A stretch of 64,000 nucleotides of DNA from Thermoplasma sp. Kam2015 (GTDB lineage Archaea; Thermoplasmatota; Thermoplasmata; Thermoplasmatales; Thermoplasmataceae), in the NCBI RefSeq assembly GCF_003205235.1, contig NZ_QJSM01000036.1:19432-83431 (forward strand). The letters are read 5' to 3'. Position 1 is the stretch's first letter, and every line of letters begins with the position of its first letter. The position numbers were made by a program, and so were the translations under genes. The notes under the pieces are model-generated. The model saw only the letters and a list, made by a program, of their open reading frames with translations, made no database searches and had not been told where the DNA came from. Below are positions 1-10,139 of the stretch, in pieces.

Positions 1-13
1 TCTACGTCACTGA

Positions 14-703
14 TCAATCTACCGTTTTTGATGGGGCCATTCTGCTTAACTTTCTGAGCTTGAAGCTGAAGTCCACATACTTCATGACCATGGTCACAAA
101 GTATGAAACGACAAGCTCGGTCAGGAAATACATGAATATCCAGTATGGCATTATCCAGAAATGCGCTGTAGTTATGTTTATGTTGAAGTCCCAGGGAAAG
201 GCAACGTAGTTGTAGGGAAGGTTTCCTACAAAAACGAAAAGCCAGGCATAGAACAGGATCGTCACAACACTGATGACCATGAGGGGCTTCATGGTGTTCA
301 TTGAGAGCTGATACTGATCCATGGACATCTGCATCCTCATGCTGTTCAGCTTGTTTATCTTCTTCATATCACGCTCTCTGTAAGCCTCCCTTATGGCATC
401 GTTGAATGCCTTCATAGTGTTCTGCATCTTGCCCATCTTAACCCAGTCAGTGAAGAAATACCTGGGTATGGATAGAATTATACCTATTATCACGCCGGTG
501 AGTATGATCGTAAGAACTGGATATCTGTAACCGAAGCCGATTGAGGGGATGAGTGCAAAATTTAACAGTTTTCCGACAGCATCCCTGGATGAAGGCGTTA
601 TAACCAGAAACAGCGAGCCGAGCATGACGACCATGTAAATCATCTGGAAGGTCATCATCTTCTTCATCGCTTCCTGCTGTTCCTTAGGATACTGTTCAGT
701 CAA
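14..703 (-). CDS. DUF106 family membrane protein (archaeal Oxa1/YidC/EMC3-like insertase homologue)
   Basis: 229 aa with several hydrophobic helices. It sits at the conserved position downstream of secY-adk in archaeal ribosomal clusters and overlaps the adk stop by 8 nt. Confidence 0.55.
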   Translation of the reverse strand: MTEQYPKEQQEAMKKMMTFQMIYMVVMLGSLFLVITPSSRDAVGKLLNFALIPSIGFGYRYPVLTIILTGVIIGIILSIPRYFFTDWVKMGKMQNTMKAFNDAIREAYRERDMKKINKLNSMRMQMSMDQYQLSMNTMKPLMVISVVTILFYAWLFVFVGNLPYNYVAFPWDFNINITTAHFWIMPYWIFMYFLTELVVSYFVTMVMKYVDFSFKLRKLSRMAPSKTVD

Positions 704-1247
704 CTGCTATCACCTTTATTATATCCTGAGCTGCTTTATCTGGTTTTCCTTCTTCGTTAGTGATTATCTTTACGGTAGCTCCGCTGAAGATGGAATATGC
801 TGCAGCAAATGCCCTGTTGATCTCCTGATGCTCCCTTATGCTCTCCAGAGAGTCTTCGTCCCTGGATCTCGTTGGATCGTTCTGTCTTCTCTTAAGGATC
901 AGATCTGGGGGTGCCTCAATTATGATATACACGGATGCATTTATCTCTCTAAGCACCCATTCTGGTAATCCTGGTAGATATCCGAATGGCGTTTTGATGG
1001 ACATATGTGTGTCAACTATTACGTCATTCATCTTGCCTATCTCAGTACCAGCATTCTTTTGCAGGTCTATCTGAATTTCCCTCGATAGCTTGCGCATCTG
1101 ATCCCTGTTCTCGACCAGGCCTCTCTTTTTTGCCAGCTCAAACATGAGGGTGCCGTAATTCACTATCTTTATCCCGGTTTGCTTGCTCACTATGTCCAGC
1201 ACAGTGGTCTTACCAACCCCTGCCACACCAGTAATTACTGATCGCAT
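696..1247 (-). CDS. adkA: adenylate kinase, archaeal type
   Basis: 183 aa with a P-loop (GVAGVGKTT) and the conserved secY-adk synteny. Confidence 0.85.
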   Translation of the reverse strand: MRSVITGVAGVGKTTVLDIVSKQTGIKIVNYGTLMFELAKKRGLVENRDQMRKLSREIQIDLQKNAGTEIGKMNDVIVDTHMSIKTPFGYLPGLPEWVLREINASVYIIIEAPPDLILKRRQNDPTRSRDEDSLESIREHQEINRAFAAAYSIFSGATVKIITNEEGKPDKAAQDIIKVIAVD

Positions 1248-3008
1248 TTAACCACCAACGAAGAACTGCCTTATCACAGGATGCATCTCCATGAGTTGCT
1301 CCCTGCCCATAGCCTCATAGAACTGTATGATTATACCAACTGCCAGAAGCAAGCCCGTACCGCTCGTGTCGCCCACAGTACCTATCAAGTTAGCTCCAGC
1401 TGCCAGCAGTCCAACCACCGCACCGCTGAATATGGTTATAGCGGGTATGTATTTTTTGAGGACACGCTCCATAACCCTTGGATCCCTTCTGAACCCAGGT
1501 ATCTGCATACCGCTGGCCTGTATCTGCTTCGCTACCGAAGAGGCGCCCATATTGGTTGTTTCGATCCAGAATATGGCAAACAATACGCTGAAGCCAACCA
1601 TGAAGGCTGTGAACACTATTATGTGTATTGCCTCCTGCAGAGGGGTGTGCCCAAGCAGAATATTCTGATATCCTGACGGCTGAAGAATTGGAAACAGCCA
1701 GTCGGATAGGCCGTTAGGCGAGAAGAGATAGTATGCAAGCCCACCCGTTGGGGTTGTTGCCGATATATTCAGCGCAGTGGCCTGCGCAGTTGTAGGATAG
1801 GAACCTAGCAACGGATTGTGACCAAGTATTGGCACCTTGCTCAGTACCGGGCTGCTCCAGAACAGCAGGGTCCACATTGATACGTTGGCCAGGAGTGCTG
1901 TAGCAAGTATCACCGGTATATTCGACGCATAGAGAAGCTGAAGTGGGTATCTTCCTCTTGCTCCCCTGACCCTCTCATGCGATATCGGAAGTTCGATCTT
2001 GCTGCTCTGGAAATAGGCCACTAGGAAGAATATCAGCAGCGTGCCCAGAACAGCTATCATTGGGTTCGGAGGTGAGAACAGGATCTGCACTACGCCGTTT
2101 GTAAGCAGATAAGATGAGGATGAATGCATTATTATGTAGAACATCTTTGGAAAAGCACCGGCTGGTGGATTGGTGAGAGAGTATGTAAGAGCGTTGTTAA
2201 GTGCCTGCCAGTTGAACGCGCCGATGAATAGCTGCTCTGAAACGTCAGCGGCTATGAAGAGCGATATACCAGATCCTATCCCGTATTTGGAAACGACCTC
2301 ATCCATGAGGAATACAAGGTATGAACCGAAGAAGAGCTGAAGTATGATTATGGTCTGAGCAAGAAACTCACCATATCCCGGGAACACGGCGTTTATTGAG
2401 TTCACTACCTTTGTGTCAGGAACCAGATAACCAAATGCCTGCGGGATGGCCTCTACGAAGATCATTATTATTACAAGGAGTTTCTGTACGCCCTGATATA
2501 TGGCCTTATCCTCGGCATTCTGAAGATCAAGATTGAATATCTTAGCTCCCACGAAAAGCTGCATCACTATGCTTGCGGTAACTATCGGGCCAATACCTAG
2601 ATCCATCAGAGAACCAGAAGCTCCGGCAAATATCTCTCTGAATGATGCAAAGACGTCTATAGTCTGTGCTGTGTTCAAACCGTATATGTATATATTGCTC
2701 AACGCAAAGTATAGGACAACTATGAGCGCTGTCCATGCCATCTTATATTTGAACTCTACATGGCCCTTGGCCTTCTTGACCGCAGGTAGCTTTGCGGTGA
2801 GGTCTTCCAGCCCATATAACTTGCTCTTCTTTGGGCCGGTATAGCTTGCAACCAGATACGTTATATAGAAGAGTGGTGCTATTATAAATCCAGCTATTGC
2901 AAGCTTGATGTACCCCAGATGACCGAAGTACCAGAATGCGACCATTATGATCGCATATACGACTATGAGGGGGAAAACAACTGAGTTATTACGCTGAGCT
3001 TCCGTCAT
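1248..3008 (-). CDS. secY: preprotein translocase subunit SecY
   Basis: 586 aa polytopic membrane protein with SecY-type motifs (GIGPIVTASIVMQLF). It sits downstream of uL15. Confidence 0.95.
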   Translation of the reverse strand: MTEAQRNNSVVFPLIVVYAIIMVAFWYFGHLGYIKLAIAGFIIAPLFYITYLVASYTGPKKSKLYGLEDLTAKLPAVKKAKGHVEFKYKMAWTALIVVLYFALSNIYIYGLNTAQTIDVFASFREIFAGASGSLMDLGIGPIVTASIVMQLFVGAKIFNLDLQNAEDKAIYQGVQKLLVIIMIFVEAIPQAFGYLVPDTKVVNSINAVFPGYGEFLAQTIIILQLFFGSYLVFLMDEVVSKYGIGSGISLFIAADVSEQLFIGAFNWQALNNALTYSLTNPPAGAFPKMFYIIMHSSSSYLLTNGVVQILFSPPNPMIAVLGTLLIFFLVAYFQSSKIELPISHERVRGARGRYPLQLLYASNIPVILATALLANVSMWTLLFWSSPVLSKVPILGHNPLLGSYPTTAQATALNISATTPTGGLAYYLFSPNGLSDWLFPILQPSGYQNILLGHTPLQEAIHIIVFTAFMVGFSVLFAIFWIETTNMGASSVAKQIQASGMQIPGFRRDPRVMERVLKKYIPAITIFSGAVVGLLAAGANLIGTVGDTSGTGLLLAVGIIIQFYEAMGREQLMEMHPVIRQFFVGG

Positions 3009-3423
3009 TTTCGATCTTCGAACCTATAGCTGAAAGCTTACTTATTGCTTTTTCGGTTGCCTTGTCAATGATGATCGTTGACTTGACCGTGAAATTGCCG
3101 TTACCAAGCAATTTATCGTAACCTGCGGACTTAAGATCGACTATCACTTCGCCATTTTCTTCCCTGACGAAACCGTCTCTCTTAAGACTCTCGTACATGT
3201 ATTCTATGTCACCAAGGTTGATTGGTACCTCTACCTGAGATATGTGATGGCTAGTGAAACCCTTTCCTCCAAAGTGAAGTGGATCGTATTTCACCATCCA
3301 TATCCATTTATGCTTTCCCATACCTGCGTTTCCGCTTCCTCCCTTCTTTCCCTTTCCACGACCTGCCTTGAATCCGCGTCCGTAATGGCCGCCACGGAGC
3401 TTCTTAGTTCTCTCTCTTACCAT
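2989..3423 (-). CDS. rpl15: 50S ribosomal protein uL15
   Basis: 144 aa with a Gly/Lys-rich N-terminus (GRGFKAGRGKGKKGG) and uL30-uL15-secY order. Confidence 0.9.
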   Translation of the reverse strand: MVRERTKKLRGGHYGRGFKAGRGKGKKGGSGNAGMGKHKWIWMVKYDPLHFGGKGFTSHHISQVEVPINLGDIEYMYESLKRDGFVREENGEVIVDLKSAGYDKLLGNGNFTVKSTIIIDKATEKAISKLSAIGSKIENDGSSA

Positions 3424-3901
3424 TCAGATCCACCCCTGATACTATCATCTTTCTGATCAACCTGTTGATATCGGATCCCCTGTATCCAGAAGACCCACCA
3501 CTTCTGTATGACTTCCTTATGGCCTCATATCCACCCTTTGGTGGATTCAATCTGATGACAGGGACAGCATCCGCTATATCGGATGGCTTTACCTTCCCAT
3601 CTATGAGCGCCTGTGCCAGATCCCTGTAGGATGCAAATCCAGTCTTCTCTTTAAGTTCCTCTTCCGTGAGATGTCTGCGCCCTTTAAAGAGAAGTCTGTT
3701 CTTCAGCAGAATCTCTAGCGTATCAACGTCTATCTCGCCCCATGTAACGTAATCCTTGACCTTCTGAAGCATACCCTTGACCACCTCATCCTCATTCAGC
3801 AGGACAAGGTGATTTATCCGGTTAAGCCGCATCAGATGCGCAGTATCGGCAATATCCTGCTTTATTCCAGTTCTGCCTCTAATCCTTATGGCCGCTAACA
3901 T
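3404..3901 (-). CDS. rpl30: 50S ribosomal protein uL30
   Basis: 165 aa, position between uS5 and uL15, and an L30-like fold signature. Confidence 0.85.
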   Translation of the reverse strand: MLAAIRIRGRTGIKQDIADTAHLMRLNRINHLVLLNEDEVVKGMLQKVKDYVTWGEIDVDTLEILLKNRLLFKGRRHLTEEELKEKTGFASYRDLAQALIDGKVKPSDIADAVPVIRLNPPKGGYEAIRKSYRSGGSSGYRGSDINRLIRKMIVSGVDLNGKREN

Positions 3902-4544
3902 TTATAACACTCCCCGAATATATAGGTGTCGACAATACAATGCCAGGATTGATTCTGACCTTTGACGTTTCCTTCAGCGCGTTATATACCGCTAGAGCAT
4001 AATTCACCGTTGTCTTGGTGTGACCGGACGCGAACCCCCATGCGTCCTCTATGCCTGCGATGCTGAGTATAGTTCTTGCAACATCGCCAACCGCAAGCCC
4101 GACGCCTCTCGGAGCAGGTTTCAGCGTTATCCTGACGGATCCTGATTTGCCCTGAACCAGAAATGGCAAGGTGTGCGCTCTACCGCATCCACATTCCCAG
4201 GAACCGCAACCCCTCCTTATCTCCATTATATTGAGCTTCGCATTGATCAGCGCCTTTCTGATTGCCGGAGCAGCCTCCTTGGACCTTCCTATTCCAAGGC
4301 CAACGTATCCATCTCCGTTGCCCACAACAACGGTTATCGAATAAGTCATCCTTCTTCCGGAGTCGGTCATCCTCTGCGCCCTTTTGATATCTATAACCTC
4401 ATCCTTAAGGTTAGGGAGCAGATAGTCTACTATCTCGTACTCCTTCAGCGGAAGCTTGCTCCTGAGGGCTTCCCCCATGGTCTTTATTTGACCAGATGCC
4501 ACAAGCTTACCCAGCTGTGTCTTAGGAATCCATTCATCACTCAT
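3879..4544 (-). CDS. rps5: 30S ribosomal protein uS5
   Basis: 221 aa with the S5 motif GRRMTYSITVVVGNGDGYVGLGIGRSKEAAPAIRKA. Confidence 0.9.
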   Translation of the reverse strand: MSDEWIPKTQLGKLVASGQIKTMGEALRSKLPLKEYEIVDYLLPNLKDEVIDIKRAQRMTDSGRRMTYSITVVVGNGDGYVGLGIGRSKEAAPAIRKALINAKLNIMEIRRGCGSWECGCGRAHTLPFLVQGKSGSVRITLKPAPRGVGLAVGDVARTILSIAGIEDAWGFASGHTKTTVNYALAVYNALKETSKVRINPGIVLSTPIYSGSVINVSGHKD

Positions 4545-5032
4545 GCTTTTTCCTCCATTTTCTTGAAGTTCTTAACAACTTCTGACATCTTCAACGGAGA
4601 CTTGAGGTGCTTTCCATCGATCCTCTTCTTGTCTGGAAAAACGTCCTCTCCATGCGGAACCTCTACGCCTGCGTCTATGAAGCCTTTCAGACAGGCGGAG
4701 ATCCTTCCACCTTTTCTGAATTTTCTTCTGCCGGTGTCCAGTACAGCTGTCTCAACGCCGTTCTTCTCAGCTTCAATACCAGCTATGTAACCGACCAGGT
4801 AGCATACCTGAATATTGTTTCCCCTGAGATCGACACCGTACTTGGCCAGCGATTTGTCTGTAACTGTGAACAGTATTCTGTCTCCAACATCAGAATACTC
4901 TGCAAGCTGGGCTATGACACCCTTTCCGGTTATTCGAACTATGAACCTCCTCTCCCTTGATTTGAGTAACTTGAGCCTCTTCGAATAATCTGTAATTCCT
5001 GCCTCTTTTCTCTTGAACACCATGGATATCAC
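4541..5032 (-). CDS. rpl18: 50S ribosomal protein uL18
   Basis: 163 aa in the conserved order eL19-uL18-uS5. Confidence 0.85.
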   Translation of the reverse strand: MISMVFKRKEAGITDYSKRLKLLKSRERRFIVRITGKGVIAQLAEYSDVGDRILFTVTDKSLAKYGVDLRGNNIQVCYLVGYIAGIEAEKNGVETAVLDTGRRKFRKGGRISACLKGFIDAGVEVPHGEDVFPDKKRIDGKHLKSPLKMSEVVKNFKKMEEKA

Positions 5033-5487
5033 TCACCAACTAAACCTGCACTTTTAAGATGGGACAGAAGCTGAGATCTGGATCTTATAGATCCGCTCTT
5101 TATGAATCTGTAGTACTTCCTGTAGGTTTCTTTTGTTATTTTTCCATCATTCTTGAGGGTTCTGAGTTCATCCCTGAGGGCCCTTATCGTGTCTATCCAG
5201 CGCTCCTTGCGTGGATATCTTGCGTACCTCGTTCCCCTGATGGAACCTGGACCTCTTCTCCTGTCCTTGGATAGTTGCTTTATCCTCTTCTTCAGTCTTC
5301 CATTGGATATTCCTTTCTTCTGCTTGATCTTTATAACATCCTGCTTCATCAGGGCCATTATATCCTGCCTTGTGGCAGCTTCCATCACTCTGTCAACCTT
5401 ATTTGTATCGATGTATACCCTGGAAACACCGACACCTTTCATATCGGCCACAATTCTCTTCACACTGTCTGATCTCATGAATTTCAC
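5029..5487 (-). CDS. rpl19e: 50S ribosomal protein eL19
   Basis: 152 aa, highly basic, with eL19 family similarity. Confidence 0.85.
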   Translation of the reverse strand: MKFMRSDSVKRIVADMKGVGVSRVYIDTNKVDRVMEAATRQDIMALMKQDVIKIKQKKGISNGRLKKRIKQLSKDRRRGPGSIRGTRYARYPRKERWIDTIRALRDELRTLKNDGKITKETYRKYYRFIKSGSIRSRSQLLSHLKSAGLVGE

Positions 5488-5930
5488 CTTCCGTTGAGCA
5501 CCTTAAGGTTGAGCTCTTCCGACCTTTTCATTATTTCCTGCCTCTTGCGGGAGCCAACGCTTGATGCTATCCTTACTGCCTGATACTTGGGGTCTATGGC
5601 CTCCAGTTCTTTAACGTTGTGCACCAGCACCTCATGGTATCCTGATGGATGCATGCCCCTGACTGCAGCGGGAGATCTGAATCCAGCATCAACGACGGGT
5701 GGCCTTCTTGCAAGATGCTCTCTCAATTTTGAGTGTTTTCCCCTGGGTTTCCGCCATGCATCACCGAGCTTCTTGTACCTGAACCATTCCTGCCGGTGGA
5801 ACTCCACTCTCTTTCTGGCCATCAAATTCTTGATCTTTAGCAATCTGCGCTGATTCTCATCAAGTGATCTGTTCATCTCATTCACCCTTGGAAATGAGGT
5901 ATATACCATCCTGAAAAACCCTTGGGTCAA
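5484..5930 (-). CDS. rpl32e: 50S ribosomal protein eL32
   Basis: 148 aa with eL32 similarity, in the order uL6-eL32-eL19. Confidence 0.85.
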   Translation of the reverse strand: MTQGFFRMVYTSFPRVNEMNRSLDENQRRLLKIKNLMARKRVEFHRQEWFRYKKLGDAWRKPRGKHSKLREHLARRPPVVDAGFRSPAAVRGMHPSGYHEVLVHNVKELEAIDPKYQAVRIASSVGSRKRQEIMKRSEELNLKVLNGR

Positions 5931-6414
5931 AACCCTTGATTATGGTTGATCTTTCTATATTTGCTGCTGTCTCACCGACATCCTTCTTTGATACTCCTGA
6001 AATGTAGACGCGATCTCCTTTGACCGTGACCGTTGTGTCGCCGACTATCTCAGCAGTTCTCGGAGATCGTTCTCCGAAGAAGTTTTCTATGACCACTGTC
6101 TTTCCTTTAACGGAGACTCTCATAGGGAAATGGCTGTAATCGATCTTCATCTCATACTGGAAGCCATCCTTCAACCCCTTTATCATGTTTTTGATCTCAG
6201 AAGCCCATGTTCCTACTATTCCTCTTACCATTGAATTATCCTTGCTTGAATATATCTTTATGGCATTTCCTTCCTTTGCTATTCTGACGTAATTGTTTGC
6301 AAAGTCTTTCGAAATGGTTTTACCACCATAAGACATCGTGATGTTTGTCCCAGAAACAGTTGCCGTAAAGCCTTCTGGGATATCTATGGATCTAGCTTCC
6401 TTCCAGTTTATCAT
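5878..6414 (-). CDS. rpl6: 50S ribosomal protein uL6
   Basis: 178 aa with the tandem L6 domain pattern. Confidence 0.9.
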   Translation of the reverse strand: MINWKEARSIDIPEGFTATVSGTNITMSYGGKTISKDFANNYVRIAKEGNAIKIYSSKDNSMVRGIVGTWASEIKNMIKGLKDGFQYEMKIDYSHFPMRVSVKGKTVVIENFFGERSPRTAEIVGDTTVTVKGDRVYISGVSKKDVGETAANIERSTIIKGFDPRVFQDGIYLISKGE

Positions 6415-6424
6415 TTTTTACACC

Positions 6425-6814
6425 TCAGTATACGTAGGCCAGAAGTTTACCCCCGATTCCAAGCTTTCTTGCCTCGATATTGCTCATCACACCTTTGGTT
6501 GTGGTGAGTATGAGTATACCGAAATCCTCGGCAGGTAGGTATCTGGCCTCATACTTCTCAAGATTCTTGTTCTTAACTGGGAACCTTGGCTTAATGACAC
6601 CACAGTTATTTATAGTTGTGTTCAGAACAATTCTGAATTTACCGCCCCTGCTTTCATCTATGACCTCGAAGCTCTTGATGTAGTTGTAATCCTGCATAAC
6701 CTTGAGTACCTTGCCTATCAACTTCGCTGCGGGTTCAGCAACTATCTCTCTCTTTCCCAGCCTCGAAGCGTTCTTTATCGAATTTATGACATCGTTCAAT
6801 GTATCATTTTTCAT
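6425..6814 (-). CDS. rps8: 30S ribosomal protein uS8
   Basis: 129 aa with an S8-type N-terminus (MKNDTLNDVINSIKNA). Confidence 0.9.
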   Translation of the reverse strand: MKNDTLNDVINSIKNASRLGKREIVAEPAAKLIGKVLKVMQDYNYIKSFEVIDESRGGKFRIVLNTTINNCGVIKPRFPVKNKNLEKYEARYLPAEDFGILILTTTKGVMSNIEARKLGIGGKLLAYVY

Positions 6815-6832
6815 CTGGACACCTCAGCTATA

Positions 6833-6985
6833 TTTCTCAAATCCCAACTGTCTTGCCGTCTCCCTAAAGCACTGTCTGCACAGGTGCAGGCCATACCTTC
6901 TTACAATGCCTCTCTTCCTACCGCATCTGACACAACCATCAATATGCCCGTACTTTTTCTTTGGTTTAAGTTTTACCTGAGACAA
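6833..6985 (-). CDS. rps14: 30S ribosomal protein uS14 (zinc-binding type Z), 50 aa
   Basis: Absent from the ORF track. Manual translation gives (M/L)[52 protein letters not shown], with CxxC...CxxC zinc-knuckle spacing and the expected uS8/uL5 position. The start appears to be TTG (or ATT), so the exact start is uncertain. Confidence 0.65.
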
Positions 6986-6989
6986 AATT

Positions 6990-7502
6990 TCACCTCACCA
7001 CTGTAACCTTGAAGTTCTTCTGCAGGAACTCCTGTGCTTCTTCCTTCTTTATCCTTATGCTGTTCGGTACCGTTCTTGCAGCGATCCTTCTTCTCTCTAT
7101 TCTGTATCCGCCCCGTCTCTTGAATACGATGGCGACATCCATTCCAAATATACCTATATCAGGATCGTACTTCATTCCCTTGAAATCAGTATAATCAGAT
7201 ATACCAAAGTACGCATTTCCGTGTTTGTCGAATGAGTAATCTGTTATCTTGTAGTCCTTCACATAGAAAGCCCTGTTCAGGAATTCCATTGCATCCTTCT
7301 TCCTGAGCGTCACCTTTACACCTATGGGCAATCTCTTTCTTATGTTGAAATCACGTACGCTCTTCTTTGCAAGAGTGTTAGTTGCCTTATGGCCTGTAAG
7401 CATCTCCAGGACCTTTGCAGCCTTCGTAAGGCGATCACCTGCCTGTCCGACACCTATGTTTACGACGACCTTGTCTATGATGATCTCCTCCATAGGATTC
7501 AT
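6990..7502 (-). CDS. rpl5: 50S ribosomal protein uL5
   Basis: 170 aa with uL5 similarity. Confidence 0.9.
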   Translation of the reverse strand: MNPMEEIIIDKVVVNIGVGQAGDRLTKAAKVLEMLTGHKATNTLAKKSVRDFNIRKRLPIGVKVTLRKKDAMEFLNRAFYVKDYKITDYSFDKHGNAYFGISDYTDFKGMKYDPDIGIFGMDVAIVFKRRGGYRIERRRIAARTVPNSIRIKKEEAQEFLQKNFKVTVVR

Positions 7503-8215
7503 GGGATCACCTCTTCAGGATTTATTGCGAAGGAGAACTTCGAACTGCTCACCATGAATACATGATCCTTTATGGTGGAGAAGCCTTCCTGGAAGTGTAC
7601 CAGATTCGCAGAAGATCCCTCCTTGACCTCTATCTTGCTTATTGTACCTATCTGGTTGACATGGGATCCAGCCGTAAGATAGGCCTTGTTACCTGGCTGC
7701 ATCTTTATTATTTCCTTTATCTGTATGTCCGGAATGGAAACTACCAGCACGTCCCCTACCTTGATGCTCTTATCATCTGTCATTATCGTCCTTCCATCGT
7801 GAGTTCCTATCTGTATCCTGTTTCCAGGAGCTACGACCTTGGTCTTCACTTTGAGCAGCTTGATTCCAGATCTTTCCTTATCCTCCTTCATCAGTACAAG
7901 CGCGCCCTGATCATTGTATATCACTCTGAAGAATTCGTTATTGATCTCCACGACATCCATGAATCCGACTGCGAATTTCTTCTGCCTAACCACCTTTCCG
8001 TCCACCTTGACAAGTCCGTTCGCCAGTATTCTGGCAGCTTCACGTTCCTTGTCTGATAGACCGAGATAGTCTCTAATTATCGATAGCAAGGTTACCGACT
8101 GGTCCTTGGGATGCATGCCCGGATTTGGGGTTGGACCCCAGAAGAAGATCTTCCTAGGGATCTTCACCTGCCTTGATACCATCAGCCTCTTAGTTCTGTT
8201 TATCATCCTCATCAA
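7499..8215 (-). CDS. rps4e: 30S ribosomal protein eS4
   Basis: 238 aa with eS4 similarity. Confidence 0.9.
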   Translation of the reverse strand: MMRMINRTKRLMVSRQVKIPRKIFFWGPTPNPGMHPKDQSVTLLSIIRDYLGLSDKEREAARILANGLVKVDGKVVRQKKFAVGFMDVVEINNEFFRVIYNDQGALVLMKEDKERSGIKLLKVKTKVVAPGNRIQIGTHDGRTIMTDDKSIKVGDVLVVSIPDIQIKEIIKMQPGNKAYLTAGSHVNQIGTISKIEVKEGSSANLVHFQEGFSTIKDHVFMVSSSKFSFAINPEEVIP

Positions 8216-8627
8216 CCTCCGCTTTTTCCTCCGCTACTGGCTCTTCTCCGGTTTCCTCCGGTTCAGCCTTCTCCTCCTGCTTGGTCTCGGCAGGTTCCGG
8301 TTCTGGCGTCTCTACCACTATGTTCTTCCTGGCAGCCAGCGATTTGATCTTATCGAATCTGTCACCGCGAGACAGATCCAGATGAGTGATCTGAAGCTTT
8401 TCTGGCTGGATACCGAAGCCCTTCTGTTTTCCATCAGCCTTTGCTATGGTTATGCCTTCAACCACAACCAAGCCGGCGGCATGATCCACCTCTGCGACCT
8501 TGCCGCCCTCCCCCCTCTTTGATCCACTAATGACCTTGACAACATCGCCCTTAATCACAGGGAACGAACGGATTCCATATTTCTTTCTCAGATCCTTGCT
8601 GAGAGATACCTCCATCTTTCTGTACAT
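8190..8627 (-). CDS. rpl24: 50S ribosomal protein uL24 (KOW) with acidic C-terminal tail
   Basis: 145 aa with a KOW motif (VIKGDVVKVISGSKRGEGGKV) and a Glu/Pro-rich tail of about 45 aa. It overlaps eS4 by 26 nt. Confidence 0.85.
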   Translation of the reverse strand: MYRKMEVSLSKDLRKKYGIRSFPVIKGDVVKVISGSKRGEGGKVAEVDHAAGLVVVEGITIAKADGKQKGFGIQPEKLQITHLDLSRGDRFDKIKSLAARKNIVVETPEPEPAETKQEEKAEPEETGEEPVAEEKAEVDEDDKQN

Positions 8628-8638
8628 TAGCGATCACC

Positions 8639-9037
8639 TTAAACTATAATGGATGCTATGGCCGCTATTCTTGGCCATCTTTCGGCTGCTTCCCTGGCCA
8701 CAGGCCCCTTGATCTCAGAACCACGTACCTCGCCATCAGGCGTCACCAGAACAGCCGCATTATCCTCAAACTGCACCATCGTACCATCAGGTCTCCGATA
8801 GGGACGCTTCTGCCTGATGACAACTGCGTACACAACCTTTGATCTCATCTCAGGAGTGCCCTTCTTAACGCTAGCCATGAACATATCGCCCACACCAGCT
8901 GCAGGTATCCTTCTTGCCTTTCCGTGCCATGCCTTGACATCTATAAGGCTTATAGATCTGGCTCCCGTATTGTCAGCGCATGTTATATTCGCACCAAGCG
9001 GCAATCCCCTTGTCTGTCTGCCTGCTATTCCCTTCAT
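8639..9037 (-). CDS. rpl14: 50S ribosomal protein uL14
   Basis: 132 aa with uL14 similarity. Confidence 0.9.
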   Translation of the reverse strand: MKGIAGRQTRGLPLGANITCADNTGARSISLIDVKAWHGKARRIPAAGVGDMFMASVKKGTPEMRSKVVYAVVIRQKRPYRRPDGTMVQFEDNAAVLVTPDGEVRGSEIKGPVAREAAERWPRIAAIASIIV

Positions 9038-9363
9038 TGGTTCACCTTCTCAACAATTACGAAAGAAATCGTTTTGGCCAATTTCCTGCATTCGGCAAAC
9101 CTCACGGTGTCTCCCGGTTTGATCTTAATGCAGTCAGGAACATGAACGTGATATTTTTTTATCTTTGTTGCCTTTCTTTCATATTTTGGAATGTACTGCT
9201 GGTATTCCCTGGCAACGACCGCACTCTTGGTCATATTTGCTGACACAACTCTGCCTACTAGTACCTGACCCCTTACAGACAGCTTCCCATGATATGGGCA
9301 GTGCGGATCGTTGCATTCATTTTCTGGCGCTTTGACGTCGAGTCCTATATTACGTGTATACAT
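9034..9363 (-). CDS. rps17: 30S ribosomal protein uS17
   Basis: 109 aa with uS17 similarity. Confidence 0.9.
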   Translation of the reverse strand: MYTRNIGLDVKAPENECNDPHCPYHGKLSVRGQVLVGRVVSANMTKSAVVAREYQQYIPKYERKATKIKKYHVHVPDCIKIKPGDTVRFAECRKLAKTISFVIVEKVNQ

Positions 9364-9367
9364 CTTC

Positions 9368-9709
9368 TTACCTCCTAAGATCTCTCAATATTCTTCGATA
9401 TTCCTTCAGCCTGTCTTCAGGCCGCATATTTATCAGATCTCCATCAACATACCGATCATTAATCTTGAATCTCCTCAGATGCTTCGCTATCTTTATTCTT
9501 CTCCCGCCGGTATCTATTTCCAACATGTTCTTAGTTTCGAAACTGACCAGGCCTTTCTTTCCTATTTCAGTCCTGTTAGGGCTGTCGATCACCGAAATAT
9601 CCATTCCAGTGAATTCGTCGAAATAGATCATCTCATTCCACGCTCGCTTTGAATCCCATGTCTTCGAGGTATTTTTTGACCTCTTGCCTATGGTCTCCCT
9701 GGAGTTCAA
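9368..9709 (-). CDS. rnp1: ribonuclease P protein component 1 (Rpp29/Pop4)
   Basis: About 90-113 aa in the conserved archaeal position between SUI1 and uS17. The real start may be the internal Met (MIYFDEF...), which would remove the 77-nt overlap with SUI1. Confidence 0.7.
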   Translation of the reverse strand: MNSRETIGKRSKNTSKTWDSKRAWNEMIYFDEFTGMDISVIDSPNRTEIGKKGLVSFETKNMLEIDTGGRRIKIAKHLRRFKINDRYVDGDLINMRPEDRLKEYRRILRDLRR

Positions 9710-9932
9710 TTATCTTTCCCTCTTTCACTGTACCGCCTGAGGCTACCTTCTTCTTTAGCTCTTTGGCTATCTTTTCAATGTCCTCTGTCTTTGGATCTAT
9801 GCCTTCTATTATGGTGACGAATTTTCCATACCTTCTCTTGTCAACCATTATCTTAACGGCCTGCGTTTCTCTTCCGAATCCTTCCCAAGGCTGTAACTCC
9901 TTGGGCATGCCGGTGAAATTTTTATCCTTCAT
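9633..9932 (-). CDS. translation initiation factor SUI1 (aIF1)
   Basis: 99 aa with a SUI1 fold signature (GKFVTIIEGI...GGTVKEGKIIELQGDHR). Confidence 0.85.
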   Translation of the reverse strand: MKDKNFTGMPKELQPWEGFGRETQAVKIMVDKRRYGKFVTIIEGIDPKTEDIEKIAKELKKKVASGGTVKEGKIIELQGDHRQEVKKYLEDMGFKASVE

Positions 9933-10139
9933 TTACCTTTTTTCCTCCCTCTCAACTGTCAATAGCCTGGCTATCTGACGTCTTATTGCACGTACCTTGC
10001 CAGGACTGGGAGAAGAACCTCCCATTGATATCAGGGCCCTCTCATGAAGAAGGCTCTCCTTAAGATTCTTCAGCGTCTCCTGCCTCTCTTCCTTCGACAT
10101 CTGCCTTATCTGCTTTGCTCTCAGTTCCAACCTCTTCAC
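9933..10139 (-). CDS. rpl29: 50S ribosomal protein uL29
   Basis: 68 aa, alpha-helical and basic, in the order uS3-uL29. The start may be internal, because the ORF overlaps uS3 by 80 nt. Confidence 0.8.
   Translation of the reverse strand: MKRLELRAKQIRQMSKEERQETLKNLKESLLHERALISMGGSSPSPGKVRAIRRQIARLLTVEREEKR

Noticed and set aside
838-1074. Antisense ORFs inside the ribosomal, secY and thermosome genes (e.g. 838-1074+, 1281-1676+, 4173-4790+, 19901-20107+ and many others in the track)
   Set aside because: They lie wholly within well-supported conserved genes on the opposite strand, and have low-complexity or Ser/Leu-rich composition typical of antisense frames.
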